From an uncultured virus (IMG/VR IMGVR_UViG_3300009666_001319) (taxonomy: Duplodnaviria; Heunggongvirae; Uroviricota; Caudoviricetes): a stretch of DNA of 20,000 nucleotides. Below, in pieces: positions 8,418 to 17,086 of this stretch (the first letter of the stretch is position 1; each line of letters opens with the position of its first letter). The notes under the pieces were generated by a model. It was given only the letters and a program-made list of their open reading frames with translations. It did not search any database and was not told the DNA's origin. The DNA lies in the IMG/VR virus record IMGVR_UViG_3300009666_001319. One strand, given 5' to 3'. Both the position numbers and the translations under genes were made by a program.

Positions 8418-8451
8418 TGAAAATATGAAAGGCCGGGTTTCTCCCCAGCCT
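8418..8451 (-). terminator. Putative weak intrinsic terminator between SNF2 and pemK-like genes
   Basis: Minus strand AGGCTGGG-GAGAAA-CCCGGCCT followed by TTCATATTTTCA. Confidence 0.45.
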
Positions 8452-8457
8452 GTGTGT

Positions 8458-9828
8458 TTACAATCTCGCCTTTACTGCGGCGATCAGCTTCTCCTGCGTC
8501 ACATCCTTGGATGCCAGCGCAGCCAGCACGTCCTCGTCCACCGTATCCTTTGTAACGATATGATGGATCGTAACGGTCTCGCTCTGCCCCTGCCGCCAGA
8601 GCCGGGCATTCGTCTGCTGATACAGTTCGAGGCTCCATGTGAGTCCAAACCAGATCAGGATGTGCCCGCCCTCCTGGATATTCAAGCCATGTCCGGCTCC
8701 TGCCGGATGGATCATGGCAACGGGTATCTTCCCGGCATTCCAGTCCTTGATGTCCTGGCTCTCCCGGATATCCCTCGGCGCGTATCCCGCCGCCGTCAGA
8801 TGATCAAAAATCCGCTGCCTGTCATGCCTGAACCAGTACGCGATCAGCACAGGCTGACCATTGGCCGCTTCGATCAGATCCTCCAGCATTTCCAGCTTCC
8901 GGCTGTGAATGTTTCTGGCTTCCCCATTTTCATCGTAGACGGCTCCGTTACTCATCTGCAGGAGCTTGTTCGACAGGGACGCGGCATTGGCGGCATCGAT
9001 GTCGCCGTCCTCCAGCGGGATGATGAGATCCTGCTTTAACTGGTCATACAGCTTTCTCTCCGCTCCCGACATCTGCACCTCATGGTTGACATAGACACAC
9101 TCCGGCATATCCAGATAGTCCAGCGCCTTCATGGAGATGGTCATATCGGAAATACGGTCGTAGATCTGCTCCTCCGCTCCCGGACGGGGAATGTATGAGA
9201 ATACCACGCCAGTCTGCGGATTCATGGAACCGGCTTTGAAATAAGCATCCCGGAACCGGCCGATGAAACGTCCAAGCCGCTCACCGCCGTCCAGGATGCC
9301 GATCTCCGCCCATAAGTCCATGAGCCCGTTGCTGGTCGGAGTGCCGGTCAAGCCTACCCAGCGGCGCACAAAAGGCCGCACCTTCCGCAGCCACTTGAAC
9401 CTCTGTGACTGGTGGTTTTTGAAGGATGACAATTCATCGATGACCACGCAGTCGAAGTCCCAGCGCAGCCCGTTCTTCTCGTAATACTCCACCAGCCATT
9501 TCACGTTTTCCCGGTTAATCACATAGATCATGGCATTGTGGTTCAGCGCCGCCGTCCGTTCCTTTACTGTTCCCACAATAACGGAAACATCAAGGTCGGA
9601 CAGATGATCCCACTTCTCCACTTCCGCAGGCCATGTATCCCTCGCTACTCTTAGCGGGGCTATCACCAGCACTTTTGAAACAGCCATATCATCCAGCATC
9701 AGATCCCGGAGAGCGGTCAGGGTCGTCACTGTTTTTCCCAAGCCCATATCAAGGAACAGGGCAGATATCGGGTGTGTTTTGATATAGTCGATGCAGTATC
9801 TTTGGTACTCGTGTGGTTTGAATCTCAA
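8458..9828 (-). CDS. SNF2-family (DEAD/DEAH-like) phage helicase
   Basis: Likely TTG start at 9828 after GGAGGTG (GTG at 9837 is the alternative); LDMGLGKT, VIDELS, GLTGTP, GHGLNIQ, YQQTNARLWRQGQ. Confidence 0.93.
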   Translation of the reverse strand: MRFKPHEYQRYCIDYIKTHPISALFLDMGLGKTVTTLTALRDLMLDDMAVSKVLVIAPLRVARDTWPAEVEKWDHLSDLDVSVIVGTVKERTAALNHNAMIYVINRENVKWLVEYYEKNGLRWDFDCVVIDELSSFKNHQSQRFKWLRKVRPFVRRWVGLTGTPTSNGLMDLWAEIGILDGGERLGRFIGRFRDAYFKAGSMNPQTGVVFSYIPRPGAEEQIYDRISDMTISMKALDYLDMPECVYVNHEVQMSGAERKLYDQLKQDLIIPLEDGDIDAANAASLSNKLLQMSNGAVYDENGEARNIHSRKLEMLEDLIEAANGQPVLIAYWFRHDRQRIFDHLTAAGYAPRDIRESQDIKDWNAGKIPVAMIHPAGAGHGLNIQEGGHILIWFGLTWSLELYQQTNARLWRQGQSETVTIHHIVTKDTVDEDVLAALASKDVTQEKLIAAVKARL

Positions 9829-9843
9829 TCGCGCCACCTCCGA

Positions 9844-10053
9844 TCAGCATCCGAGAATGCCAAAGGGCACCCTCACCCTTCCCGGAAAACGGATCGGCGC
9901 ATACGGACAGTTGCGATTGCATCTCCACATCTCATGAAAAAGGCCGCAGCACGGTATCCCGTTCCGGATCACACAGTGGCAGCACTTGGGGTTATATGGC
10001 GGGAACACAACCATGCTTCTTGGCTGTTCCTGAACTCCTGTGTTGTTCATCAT
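9844..10053 (-). CDS. Small Cys-rich hypothetical protein
   Basis: ATGA overlap with the VRR-NUC stop; GAAGGGAG RBS; fills the gap between VRR-NUC and SNF2. Confidence 0.55.
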   Translation of the reverse strand: MMNNTGVQEQPRSMVVFPPYNPKCCHCVIRNGIPCCGLFHEMWRCNRNCPYAPIRFPGRVRVPFGILGC

Positions 10054-10508
10054 GTACTCCCTTCTTCATCCAGATCATAAAAACCTGCCAGTTCGGACGG
10101 GTCTTCTATCTCCAAGGTATCTCCGTAATCGTCAAGGTCATCCAGGCTTCCTTGCTCAGACGGCAGCGTGGTGATCTCCAGCTCCGGCACCTCCGCGCCG
10201 ACTCCTTCCGGGAACGGCTCGCCGGGTGTCCAGGCGAGTATCGCATTGATGGCCGGTTTGATCTGACTCAGCCTGTCAATGCACAGTACAGGGAATCCCA
10301 GTTTCATCAGCTGAAACCGTCTCTTTCGCTGCAAAGGACGCAGCATTCTTCCCGGTGCCTTCAGTTCCACAAACACGGTTTTTGCCGGGAAGAAAAGAAC
10401 AAGCCGATCAGGGAGACCGTTCGCGGTCTGGCTGGTCAGCTTGTAAGCAACACCTCCGGCTTTGCGGACGGCCTTGACAAATTCATTCTCTACAACATAT
10501 TCTCTCAA
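10050..10508 (-). CDS. VRR-NUC domain nuclease with acidic C-terminal tail
   Basis: TTG start overlapping the upstream stop; GLPDRLV ... FVELKAPG ... LRPLQ motif. Confidence 0.9.
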   Translation of the reverse strand: MREYVVENEFVKAVRKAGGVAYKLTSQTANGLPDRLVLFFPAKTVFVELKAPGRMLRPLQRKRRFQLMKLGFPVLCIDRLSQIKPAINAILAWTPGEPFPEGVGAEVPELEITTLPSEQGSLDDLDDYGDTLEIEDPSELAGFYDLDEEGST

Positions 10509-10747
10509 TACCGGCCACCTTTGCCTTTCCAGTATTCACACCAGCCGCTGCCGTTATCAGGAGGATTATCGAACTCATCTGCTCCCGGTCTTACGCACTC
10601 TGATCCGTATTCGCTGCCGCAAAAGAACCGGCAGTTCCCGCAGCACTGGTCGTATACATAGATTTCCTGGTCGGAATGATCGTATTCCTCGTAGGAGCCA
10701 TGACGGACATGATGTCCGCCACAGCCCCATTCGGTATCATGGCTCAT
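10505..10747 (-). CDS. Small Cys/His-rich hypothetical protein
   Basis: ATG at 10747 overlaps the DUF932 stop; CCGNCRFFC ... C ... WCEYW. Confidence 0.65.
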   Translation of the reverse strand: MSHDTEWGCGGHHVRHGSYEEYDHSDQEIYVYDQCCGNCRFFCGSEYGSECVRPGADEFDNPPDNGSGWCEYWKGKGGRY

Positions 10748-11811
10748 GCGTTGATCTCCTTCCACTGTGCCTCCGGCATGGTAGCCACCTGCCAGCCGAT
10801 TCCCTCCAACGCAGTGGCACGGTCGTAGGACTCTACATCCTGCGAAGCGCGTGTGATGGCATTGGAAAGACCATAGAGGGAGAGGTCGCCGCCCTGGATC
10901 AGATAGTTCAGAATGTTGTCCTGCTCCGGCTGATTCAGCGCATAGGTCTTGCCAGTCAGTTCGATGACATCCTGCACCCTGCCAGTGATCTTCGCATGGG
11001 TGCTGTCCTGGAGCCTTCCGACGATCTGTGCGAATCGAGCCTCCTCGATGGCGGCCATCGTGGTATCACGGAGTTTGAGCATGAAAGCCTTGTCCTCCGC
11101 TTCCATCGTCTCATCCGAATAGATGCTGAAGCTGTCTTCCAGAGCCTTCGCCGCCCTGCCGACATGGGCACGGCGCTCCCCGAAATCGTTGACCACCATG
11201 CCGTTGGTGCAGACCAGGCGATATACAAGCGGCTGCACAGACACAGCGCCAAGGCCAACCTCAGAGTTACTGATCACCACACCGGCCTGCACATAGTCGC
11301 CGGGAACGACGGCCATTTCGAGCTTGTGATTAACCACCTTGATATGCAGCTTGTTCTCGGTCACTTCGCAGCTGACCACTTCCATCTCTTCCTTTCCCAC
11401 GAAGAGAGGAAGAACCGCCGATGCGACTTCCAGATTGTCGATGCGGCGGTAGCGGTCCGACAGAAGCGCACGGGCGACACGGCCATTGCCATAATCCATG
11501 CTGCGGATCATATAGGACTGTTCACTATCCCCAAACCAGGCGTTGACATTCTCCGCCAGAAGCTCCGGCTTCTGCAAGCGCATCATGTCATAGTATTTCG
11601 CCGGGATGTTCAGCGCCGAGCCGACCTGCCTGTGGAACAGATCGGTCGTGTCGAAGATTTCCTGCTCACCTGTGTTCAGGTGTGTGATGCCGAAGGTGGT
11701 TCCGTCCTCGTCCAGATGGAAGGACTGAGCCGGTCCGATGAAGTCCTGCTTCGCCGCATTCTGCCGCTGAAGCTCCGTAAGTACTGCGGGTAAATTTCTG
11801 CCCTGTTTCAT
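10744..11811 (-). CDS. DUF932-family protein (355 aa)
   Basis: ATG at 11811 with AAGGAGG RBS; RALLSDRYRRIDN, ISNSEVGLG, YRLVCTNGM, LYGLSNAITR. Confidence 0.8.
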   Translation of the reverse strand: MKQGRNLPAVLTELQRQNAAKQDFIGPAQSFHLDEDGTTFGITHLNTGEQEIFDTTDLFHRQVGSALNIPAKYYDMMRLQKPELLAENVNAWFGDSEQSYMIRSMDYGNGRVARALLSDRYRRIDNLEVASAVLPLFVGKEEMEVVSCEVTENKLHIKVVNHKLEMAVVPGDYVQAGVVISNSEVGLGAVSVQPLVYRLVCTNGMVVNDFGERRAHVGRAAKALEDSFSIYSDETMEAEDKAFMLKLRDTTMAAIEEARFAQIVGRLQDSTHAKITGRVQDVIELTGKTYALNQPEQDNILNYLIQGGDLSLYGLSNAITRASQDVESYDRATALEGIGWQVATMPEAQWKEINA

Positions 11812-11832
11812 GATGTATGTCCTCCTTGTGAT

Positions 11833-11868
11833 TGAAAATATGTAACCGGAGCCATCGCTGACCCCGGT
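11833..11868 (-). terminator. Putative weak intrinsic terminator between polA and the DUF932 gene
   Basis: Minus strand ACCGGGGTC-AGCGAT-GGCTCCGGT followed by TACATATTTTCA. Confidence 0.4.
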
Positions 11869-11920
11869 CAAAGTACGGTTTTGATATCGAATGTCCGCTT
11901 TCAATGTGCGGTTTTCGCTG

Positions 11921-13882
11921 CTAATCCTTGAAATAATGTGTTCCAGTATAACCAGCACTGGATAAAGGGAGTCCGTCAGCCCACACGGGATTCCGGTTCA
12001 TGATGGCACAGACCTCATCCACGGTGATGGATCCAACTGGTACTTCCAAAATGACTTCATCGTGGACATGACCGACAATAGCAAGTCCTACCTGCTCCAT
12101 GCGCCACATGGCTTCTGCCAAAAGATCCCGTGCTGTTGCCTGGGTGATGTTTTCCACCAACTTGCCGGAGTATGTTTCCCCTCGCGCCCATTTGTTCGCT
12201 GCGTTAAGTCCCTCGTAGGTAACCGCCATGCGACCGAACCGGTTAGGCTGAAGCCTCGGTTTGATATAGGCGAGTTTCCGTCCGGAGGGAAGCACGATCC
12301 AGAGTGTGTTTGCGTAAAACTGGAAGCCGACCCTGCCAACCTTCCGCTCCTGATGGTCTTTGATCGTATCGACCGCCGCCCGCTCGACATCCCACCAAAA
12401 CTGGACGATTTTCGGATTGGCCGTGCGCCAGGAGTCGATGATGTCCGGCAGCTCCGATTCCTTCAGACCCATGTCCAAAGCGCCCATGCTGATTAGGGCT
12501 CCGGCAGCGCCGCCATATCCACAGGCGAGCTCGGCAACCTTGCCCTTCTGCCTCAGTTCTCCGTTGATGCCGTGCTTCACAACAGGCACACCGAACATTT
12601 GCGATGCGGAAGCGCAGTAAATATCCTCGCCTCTCTGAAATGCCTCCAGCCGCCAGGTTTCCCCAGCAAGCCACGCCAGGACACGGGCTTCGATGGCGGA
12701 GAAGTCCGCGATGGTAAAGATGTGTCCCGGCTTTGCGATCAGCATCGTGCGGATCAGCTGTGACAGAATATCAGGCGTGTTTCCGTAGATGCTCTCCACC
12801 ATATCGAAGCAGCCCATCTTTACCAGATCCCGTGCTTCATCGAGGGTGGATATATGATTTTGGGGTAAGTTCTGTAATTGGATTCCTCTGCCTGCCCATC
12901 GCTGCGTCCTGTTGGCTCCGCTGAACTGGAACAGGCCATGCGCCCTGCCGTCATTGCAGATGTATCTGTCTGCCGCCTGGTATTTCTTGACGGAAGACTT
13001 CGCCATCTGCAATCTCAGCTTCAACATATCCAGGGCTTCCTGATCCAGACCGTTTTTATCTATCTCCTTGATCATGGCGGCCACATCCTTCTTGCCGAGG
13101 GAATCGATAGCGATGCCCCGTTCCTCCAGCCAGCCTTTGAGCTGGGATACGGAATTCGGATTCTCTAAGCCGGTCAGTTCATAGGCTTTCTTTGTCATCT
13201 CCTCCGACAGCATCAGGTCGCAGGTGATGGCCTGCTCGACCAGCGTCCTGTCGATCAGGACGCCTCGGTCGTTGATCCTCTGGTCCATGTGGTAGAAGTC
13301 CCACTCGGAGTGTTTCAGCGGAAGCGCCTCCAGCTTGTGCCGGATATCCCGCTCCGTCCGAACGTCCTGTTTGCAGTACGATTTGAACCGCTCCCAGTCC
13401 TCCGGCGCGTGTTCCGGCAGGTTCCGAGTCCGGCCGCCGTTGCTTTTGGTCGGCCTGCAGGGAACGGAGAAATACTTGATCAGCCTCTCGCCGGCATCGT
13501 CCTTCTGCTCCCCGGTCTTCAACACCTCCGCCGCCGTTTTCAATTTCAGAGGAAGCGACAGGCTTGCCGCCCAGACCATCGAACATTGCCAGGAGTCAGG
13601 GGAGAGGCGGGTACCAAAGAACTGTGAAAGACAGGTGCGCTCGAACTGCGCATTCCAGGCGGCTTTGATAACGGATTCATCAAAAACAGCATCCCGGACT
13701 TCCTGCGGCAGTTCCTCTCCGCAGGCCAGATCCACCACACGCACTTCCTCATCGTCAAATGCGTAGGCGAAAAGCAGGATATGAAAATCTCCCTCAACGT
13801 AGCGGTACACACCACAGCTTCCGAGGTCTACATCAGAGTACGTTTCCAAATCTATGGACAGGACTCGTCTTTTCTCATTCAA
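11921..13882 (-). CDS. Phage family A DNA polymerase with 3'-5' exonuclease domain
   Basis: Likely TTG start at 13882 after AGGAAGGTG; ExoI IDLETYS, ExoII AWNAQFER, motif A ADFSAIEARV, motif B RQKGKVAELACGYG, motif C HVHDE. Confidence 0.95.
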   Translation of the reverse strand: MNEKRRVLSIDLETYSDVDLGSCGVYRYVEGDFHILLFAYAFDDEEVRVVDLACGEELPQEVRDAVFDESVIKAAWNAQFERTCLSQFFGTRLSPDSWQCSMVWAASLSLPLKLKTAAEVLKTGEQKDDAGERLIKYFSVPCRPTKSNGGRTRNLPEHAPEDWERFKSYCKQDVRTERDIRHKLEALPLKHSEWDFYHMDQRINDRGVLIDRTLVEQAITCDLMLSEEMTKKAYELTGLENPNSVSQLKGWLEERGIAIDSLGKKDVAAMIKEIDKNGLDQEALDMLKLRLQMAKSSVKKYQAADRYICNDGRAHGLFQFSGANRTQRWAGRGIQLQNLPQNHISTLDEARDLVKMGCFDMVESIYGNTPDILSQLIRTMLIAKPGHIFTIADFSAIEARVLAWLAGETWRLEAFQRGEDIYCASASQMFGVPVVKHGINGELRQKGKVAELACGYGGAAGALISMGALDMGLKESELPDIIDSWRTANPKIVQFWWDVERAAVDTIKDHQERKVGRVGFQFYANTLWIVLPSGRKLAYIKPRLQPNRFGRMAVTYEGLNAANKWARGETYSGKLVENITQATARDLLAEAMWRMEQVGLAIVGHVHDEVILEVPVGSITVDEVCAIMNRNPVWADGLPLSSAGYTGTHYFKD

Positions 13883-13924
13883 AGGATCACCTTCCTTTCT
13901 GTTCGCAATAACCATCTGCGCCTT

Positions 13925-14005
13925 AAAAGAGCCTCCAAGGAAAATCTCCCGGATAATCCCTGGGGGGCTCTTGTAAAGCGCAGACAGGAGGGGAACTTCC
14001 CCTCC
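13925..14005 (-). terminator. Two tandem hairpins between the SSB and polA genes; the second is terminator-like
   Basis: GGAGGGGA/TCCCCTCC stem near 13986-14005; AAGAGCC...GGCTCTT stem 13927-13972 ending in TTTT on the minus strand. Confidence 0.45.
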
Positions 14006-14019
14006 CATCCGCTGTGCGC

Positions 14020-14604
14020 TTATTTCAGGTAATCGGGAACATCGTCACCGAACACATCGGTGCCGTCATCCTCGCCTTCGATCTCATCGAAATCGGAAGC
14101 TGCGGAAGCCTTACCCGCCAGACGCTCGCCGTCCTTCACCTTCTGGATGTTGCCCAGACCGGCCGCCACACCCTTGTTGCCGGATGCCGCGAATCCGTAG
14201 AAGTTCACGGACACATTGCAGTAGTCGCCGGAGCCGCACTCCATCGGGTCCAGGATCGGCTGCACCTTGCGGTCAACGATCTGGGGAGCGTCCTTGCTGG
14301 TGGCGTTCAGGAACATGTGGCCTGCGTAGTTCTCGTCATCCGGACGGTCGATGTCGCCGTCACGGAGCGGGAGCTTCAGATTGGCCGGAACCTTGCCGCC
14401 CCACTTCTTACCCTTCGCATCCTCCTTGGCTGCTTCCACAGCCTTCTGGATCTTGGTCAGGGTCGCCTTGTCCTCCTTCGGGATCAGGAGGGAAACGGAA
14501 TACTTCTCATCGCCGCCGTTGATCGACTTCGGCTCCCAGATGTTGGCGAAGCTGATGCGGCAGGGGATGATCACCTTGGTAGGGGATGTAGACTTATTTG
14601 CCAT
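14020..14604 (-). CDS. DUF2815 family single-stranded DNA-binding protein (gp2.5-like)
   Basis: ATG at 14604 with GGAGG RBS; KYSVSLLIPK, LPLRDGD, GNKGVAAGLGNIQKVKDGERL, acidic tail ending in DYLK. Confidence 0.9.
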   Translation of the reverse strand: MANKSTSPTKVIIPCRISFANIWEPKSINGGDEKYSVSLLIPKEDKATLTKIQKAVEAAKEDAKGKKWGGKVPANLKLPLRDGDIDRPDDENYAGHMFLNATSKDAPQIVDRKVQPILDPMECGSGDYCNVSVNFYGFAASGNKGVAAGLGNIQKVKDGERLAGKASAASDFDEIEGEDDGTDVFGDDVPDYLK

Positions 14605-14680
14605 ATGCTTTTTAACCTCCATAAAAATCGCGCCAGGGCTTTCCCGGCGCAGGATTTCAAATAATGATGCAGCCCTTCTT

Positions 14681-15931
14681 CTATTCCCCGTCAGGCAGGA
14701 CTGCAAATTCCTGATCGGGATTGCTGCTTAAGTCAACAGGCGGCCTCGGATCGTCCTCCGGGACAAGCGCCAGCTTTCCAGGCGGCTTGGCGACATACTC
14801 ACCGAGCAGCTCCGCAAACCGTTTCTTGGCCATCATCTTCTCAAATTCGGTCAGAGTGATGAGTTGCCGTTTGTATAGGTCGGTGTAGCCGTTTGCCACC
14901 GCTGTGTCCACCACAGCCTTGGTATCTGTGAAGACTCGCTTGCTCCTGCCTTCGACCACCTTGTAGCCGGGGATTGGGACGCCGTGGTTGATTGCTTCTG
15001 CTGATACGAATGCGAACACAGACTCAATCCATGAACTGATGCGGTTCAGCGTCGGCAGGATACCTGCCAGCTCGTCCAACGGGATCAGCCCCGGCTGTTT
15101 GAACACCGCTGTGTCTGTATCGGGATTGTAGGGAGCAGTCATATCGGTCTCCGGTATATCGTCTGTAAACGCGCCTGCGTCGAGATCCAAAAATTCTTCT
15201 CGGCAAAGCGCCAGTGCTTCATCCGCGCAGGCGCGGCATACAGGCTTGGCACGGCAGAACCGGCACCAGTCGCCGGGCTTCTGCTCTCCTTTTCCTTCGT
15301 AGGCCATCTTTGCGATGGGCTTGATGCTTTCTCCCCAGTCCTCCAGCTCTTTCCGGCTGCATTCAAAGGTTGAGATATTCTCAAGGCGCGGCTGGATGAT
15401 GCTCATACGGACAGTCTCGATCTCGTAAATATAGCCATAGGCGGCCAAGCCTCCGAGTGCGTATAGCATCATCTGGCTGTTGTGTTCTGCGTCCACAAAC
15501 ACGCCCTGCCCTGTCTTGAAATCACAGACATGGAGCAGCCCCTTTCCCTGATCATCCCTTCCGACGATCAGCATGTCAGCCGTACCAAAACCGGAAGGAG
15601 CGATGTGGCTGTAGTCCACCCGCTCCTCCACTAAAACCAGGGGTTCGCAGCCATTACGCTTCATCTCTTCGATAATCGTAATGACGAACTCCGCATACAC
15701 ATCGGTGATCGCATCGACCTCCTCCGTGTAAAACTCCTCAGACTGAGGACGCTTAACTCTCTCGTGCAGATACTTCCTGACCTTGTACTCGCACACCTCA
15801 TGAGCGAAGGTGCCCTCGGCGGCATAGACGGAGCTTTCATTCGGGAAGCTCTCCTGCAACCGGACCGATGGCGGGCAGTGAAGCCATTGCTTTGAACTGG
15901 ATGCGCTTAACAGCGCGTGTGCTTCCGGCAT
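14681..15931 (-). CDS. DUF2800 family Cas4-like PD-(D/E)XK exonuclease
   Basis: HALLSASS..WLHCPPS, EGTFAH, FGTAD, DFKTGQG, QMMLYALG, CRFCRAKPVC (four-Cys Fe-S pattern). Confidence 0.9.
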   Translation of the reverse strand: MPEAHALLSASSSKQWLHCPPSVRLQESFPNESSVYAAEGTFAHEVCEYKVRKYLHERVKRPQSEEFYTEEVDAITDVYAEFVITIIEEMKRNGCEPLVLVEERVDYSHIAPSGFGTADMLIVGRDDQGKGLLHVCDFKTGQGVFVDAEHNSQMMLYALGGLAAYGYIYEIETVRMSIIQPRLENISTFECSRKELEDWGESIKPIAKMAYEGKGEQKPGDWCRFCRAKPVCRACADEALALCREEFLDLDAGAFTDDIPETDMTAPYNPDTDTAVFKQPGLIPLDELAGILPTLNRISSWIESVFAFVSAEAINHGVPIPGYKVVEGRSKRVFTDTKAVVDTAVANGYTDLYKRQLITLTEFEKMMAKKRFAELLGEYVAKPPGKLALVPEDDPRPPVDLSSNPDQEFAVLPDGE

Positions 15932-15945
15932 AGGCAGACCTCCCG

Positions 15946-16458
15946 TTAAAGCTGGGAAAGGTCAGTCAGGAAAGCCTCGTACTTTTCGGCAGGCAGCTCG
16001 CTCACCTTTGCCACACCGTAGGTCTTAAGGATCGCGCCGATCTTCTCATTGTTGGAGCGATCCTTCTTCAGCTTCTGGACGATGATCTTCGTGATATCGT
16101 CCTGGGTGACGGACGGTGCGGGTGTATCTGCTGACTTCGATTCAGCGGGTTTCTCCTTCTGATCAGGCTGCTCCGCCTCTACTGCACCAGCCGTATCAGC
16201 CACAGGAGCAACATCAGCCCCAGCATCACCATCCACAGTTCCGGTTCCGGCATCCTCGGCATCATTGGCTTCACCTTCCTTCTTCCCACCCTGGCTGATG
16301 CTGTTCATGATGTCCCTCGCTGTGCCGGCATCCAGCGCCTCCAGCATCGAGATCACCCCGGCAAACACCAGGCCGACTCCATCCGTCAACTTGCTCCAGC
16401 TGACAGTCACTTCCTTCTTCTCGACTGTATTCACAGCAGCCGCATTAGTCTCCGTCAT
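15946..16458 (-). CDS. Phage hypothetical protein typical of the position upstream of DUF2800
   Basis: GGAGGG RBS; low-complexity linker; C-terminal ILKTYGVAKVSELPAEKYEAFL pattern. Confidence 0.8.
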   Translation of the reverse strand: MTETNAAAVNTVEKKEVTVSWSKLTDGVGLVFAGVISMLEALDAGTARDIMNSISQGGKKEGEANDAEDAGTGTVDGDAGADVAPVADTAGAVEAEQPDQKEKPAESKSADTPAPSVTQDDITKIIVQKLKKDRSNNEKIGAILKTYGVAKVSELPAEKYEAFLTDLSQL

Positions 16459-16939
16459 AGATCAGGCCCTCCTCTTCATCATCTTCATGGGGATTCCAGT
16501 CATCCTCCTCGTAGCCGGGATCAGGCTCAGAAGGCTTTCTTCCAAAGAATGCATCCAGCAGTTCCCCTTCCAGCACCAGGCACGGAATATGCTGCTTGAC
16601 CGGGATACCCAGTTCCCTTGCTACGGCGATCTCACGCTTCATGCCTTCGGTGATCCTGTTCCCGATGACCCAGAGCTCATCACAGCCGCTCAGCCAGTCA
16701 AGGCCGAACCGGATGCCCGCCTCCCGCTCCTCCGGCACATCCTCGGACAGAAATTCCGGGAAGAACAGGTGCGGAGCCATCGGCATACAGCCGAGGCTGA
16801 CAGCGTACCCACAGGCAAGCCGCGCCAACTGCCTGTTGTGCCGGAGGTCTTCCGCCCTCTGTCCGACCGTAGCGCCTCTCGGACGGAACGGCGAGCAGAT
16901 GAACACCCTCCTGTGTTTCTCAATGTGGACTTTCTTCAT
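16445..16939 (-). CDS. DUF4406-like protein (nucleoside 2-deoxyribosyltransferase-like fold)
   Basis: VFICSPF ... PMAPHLFFPEFL ... CDELWVIG ... ITEGMKREI; AAAGGA RBS. Confidence 0.8.
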   Translation of the reverse strand: MKKVHIEKHRRVFICSPFRPRGATVGQRAEDLRHNRQLARLACGYAVSLGCMPMAPHLFFPEFLSEDVPEEREAGIRFGLDWLSGCDELWVIGNRITEGMKREIAVARELGIPVKQHIPCLVLEGELLDAFFGRKPSEPDPGYEEDDWNPHEDDEEEGLIYDGD

Positions 16940-17043
16940 GTACGGTTCCTTTCTTCGGGTCTTTCCCGATTACAAAGCGAACGGCCACAGTCCGAAAACT
17001 GCAGCCGTCCGTATGTCAGATTGGTGGGAGGAAATCAGGTCCT

Positions 17044-17081
17044 CTCATATACTGTCGTGGGAGAAGGTGTTTTAGAAGTAT
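17044..17081 (-). promoter_or_regulatory. Copy B of the 38-bp direct repeat; candidate promoter for the element-encoded sigma-like factor
   Basis: CTCATATACTGTCGTGGGAGAaggTGTTTTAGAAGTAT; starts 5 nt after the sigma-like gene stop and points into the replication genes. Confidence 0.65.
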
Positions 17082-17086
17082 CACCT

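Noticed and set aside
10462..11793. 443-aa plus-strand ORF; similar cases at 3851-4639, 4730-5623, 2947-3684, 8380-9039
   Set aside because: Antisense shadows of recognised minus-strand genes.
3756..17081. 38-bp repeats as prophage attL/attR
   Set aside because: Phage-type genes continue on both sides and no integrase or tRNA is adjacent; kept only as an internal module-exchange alternative.
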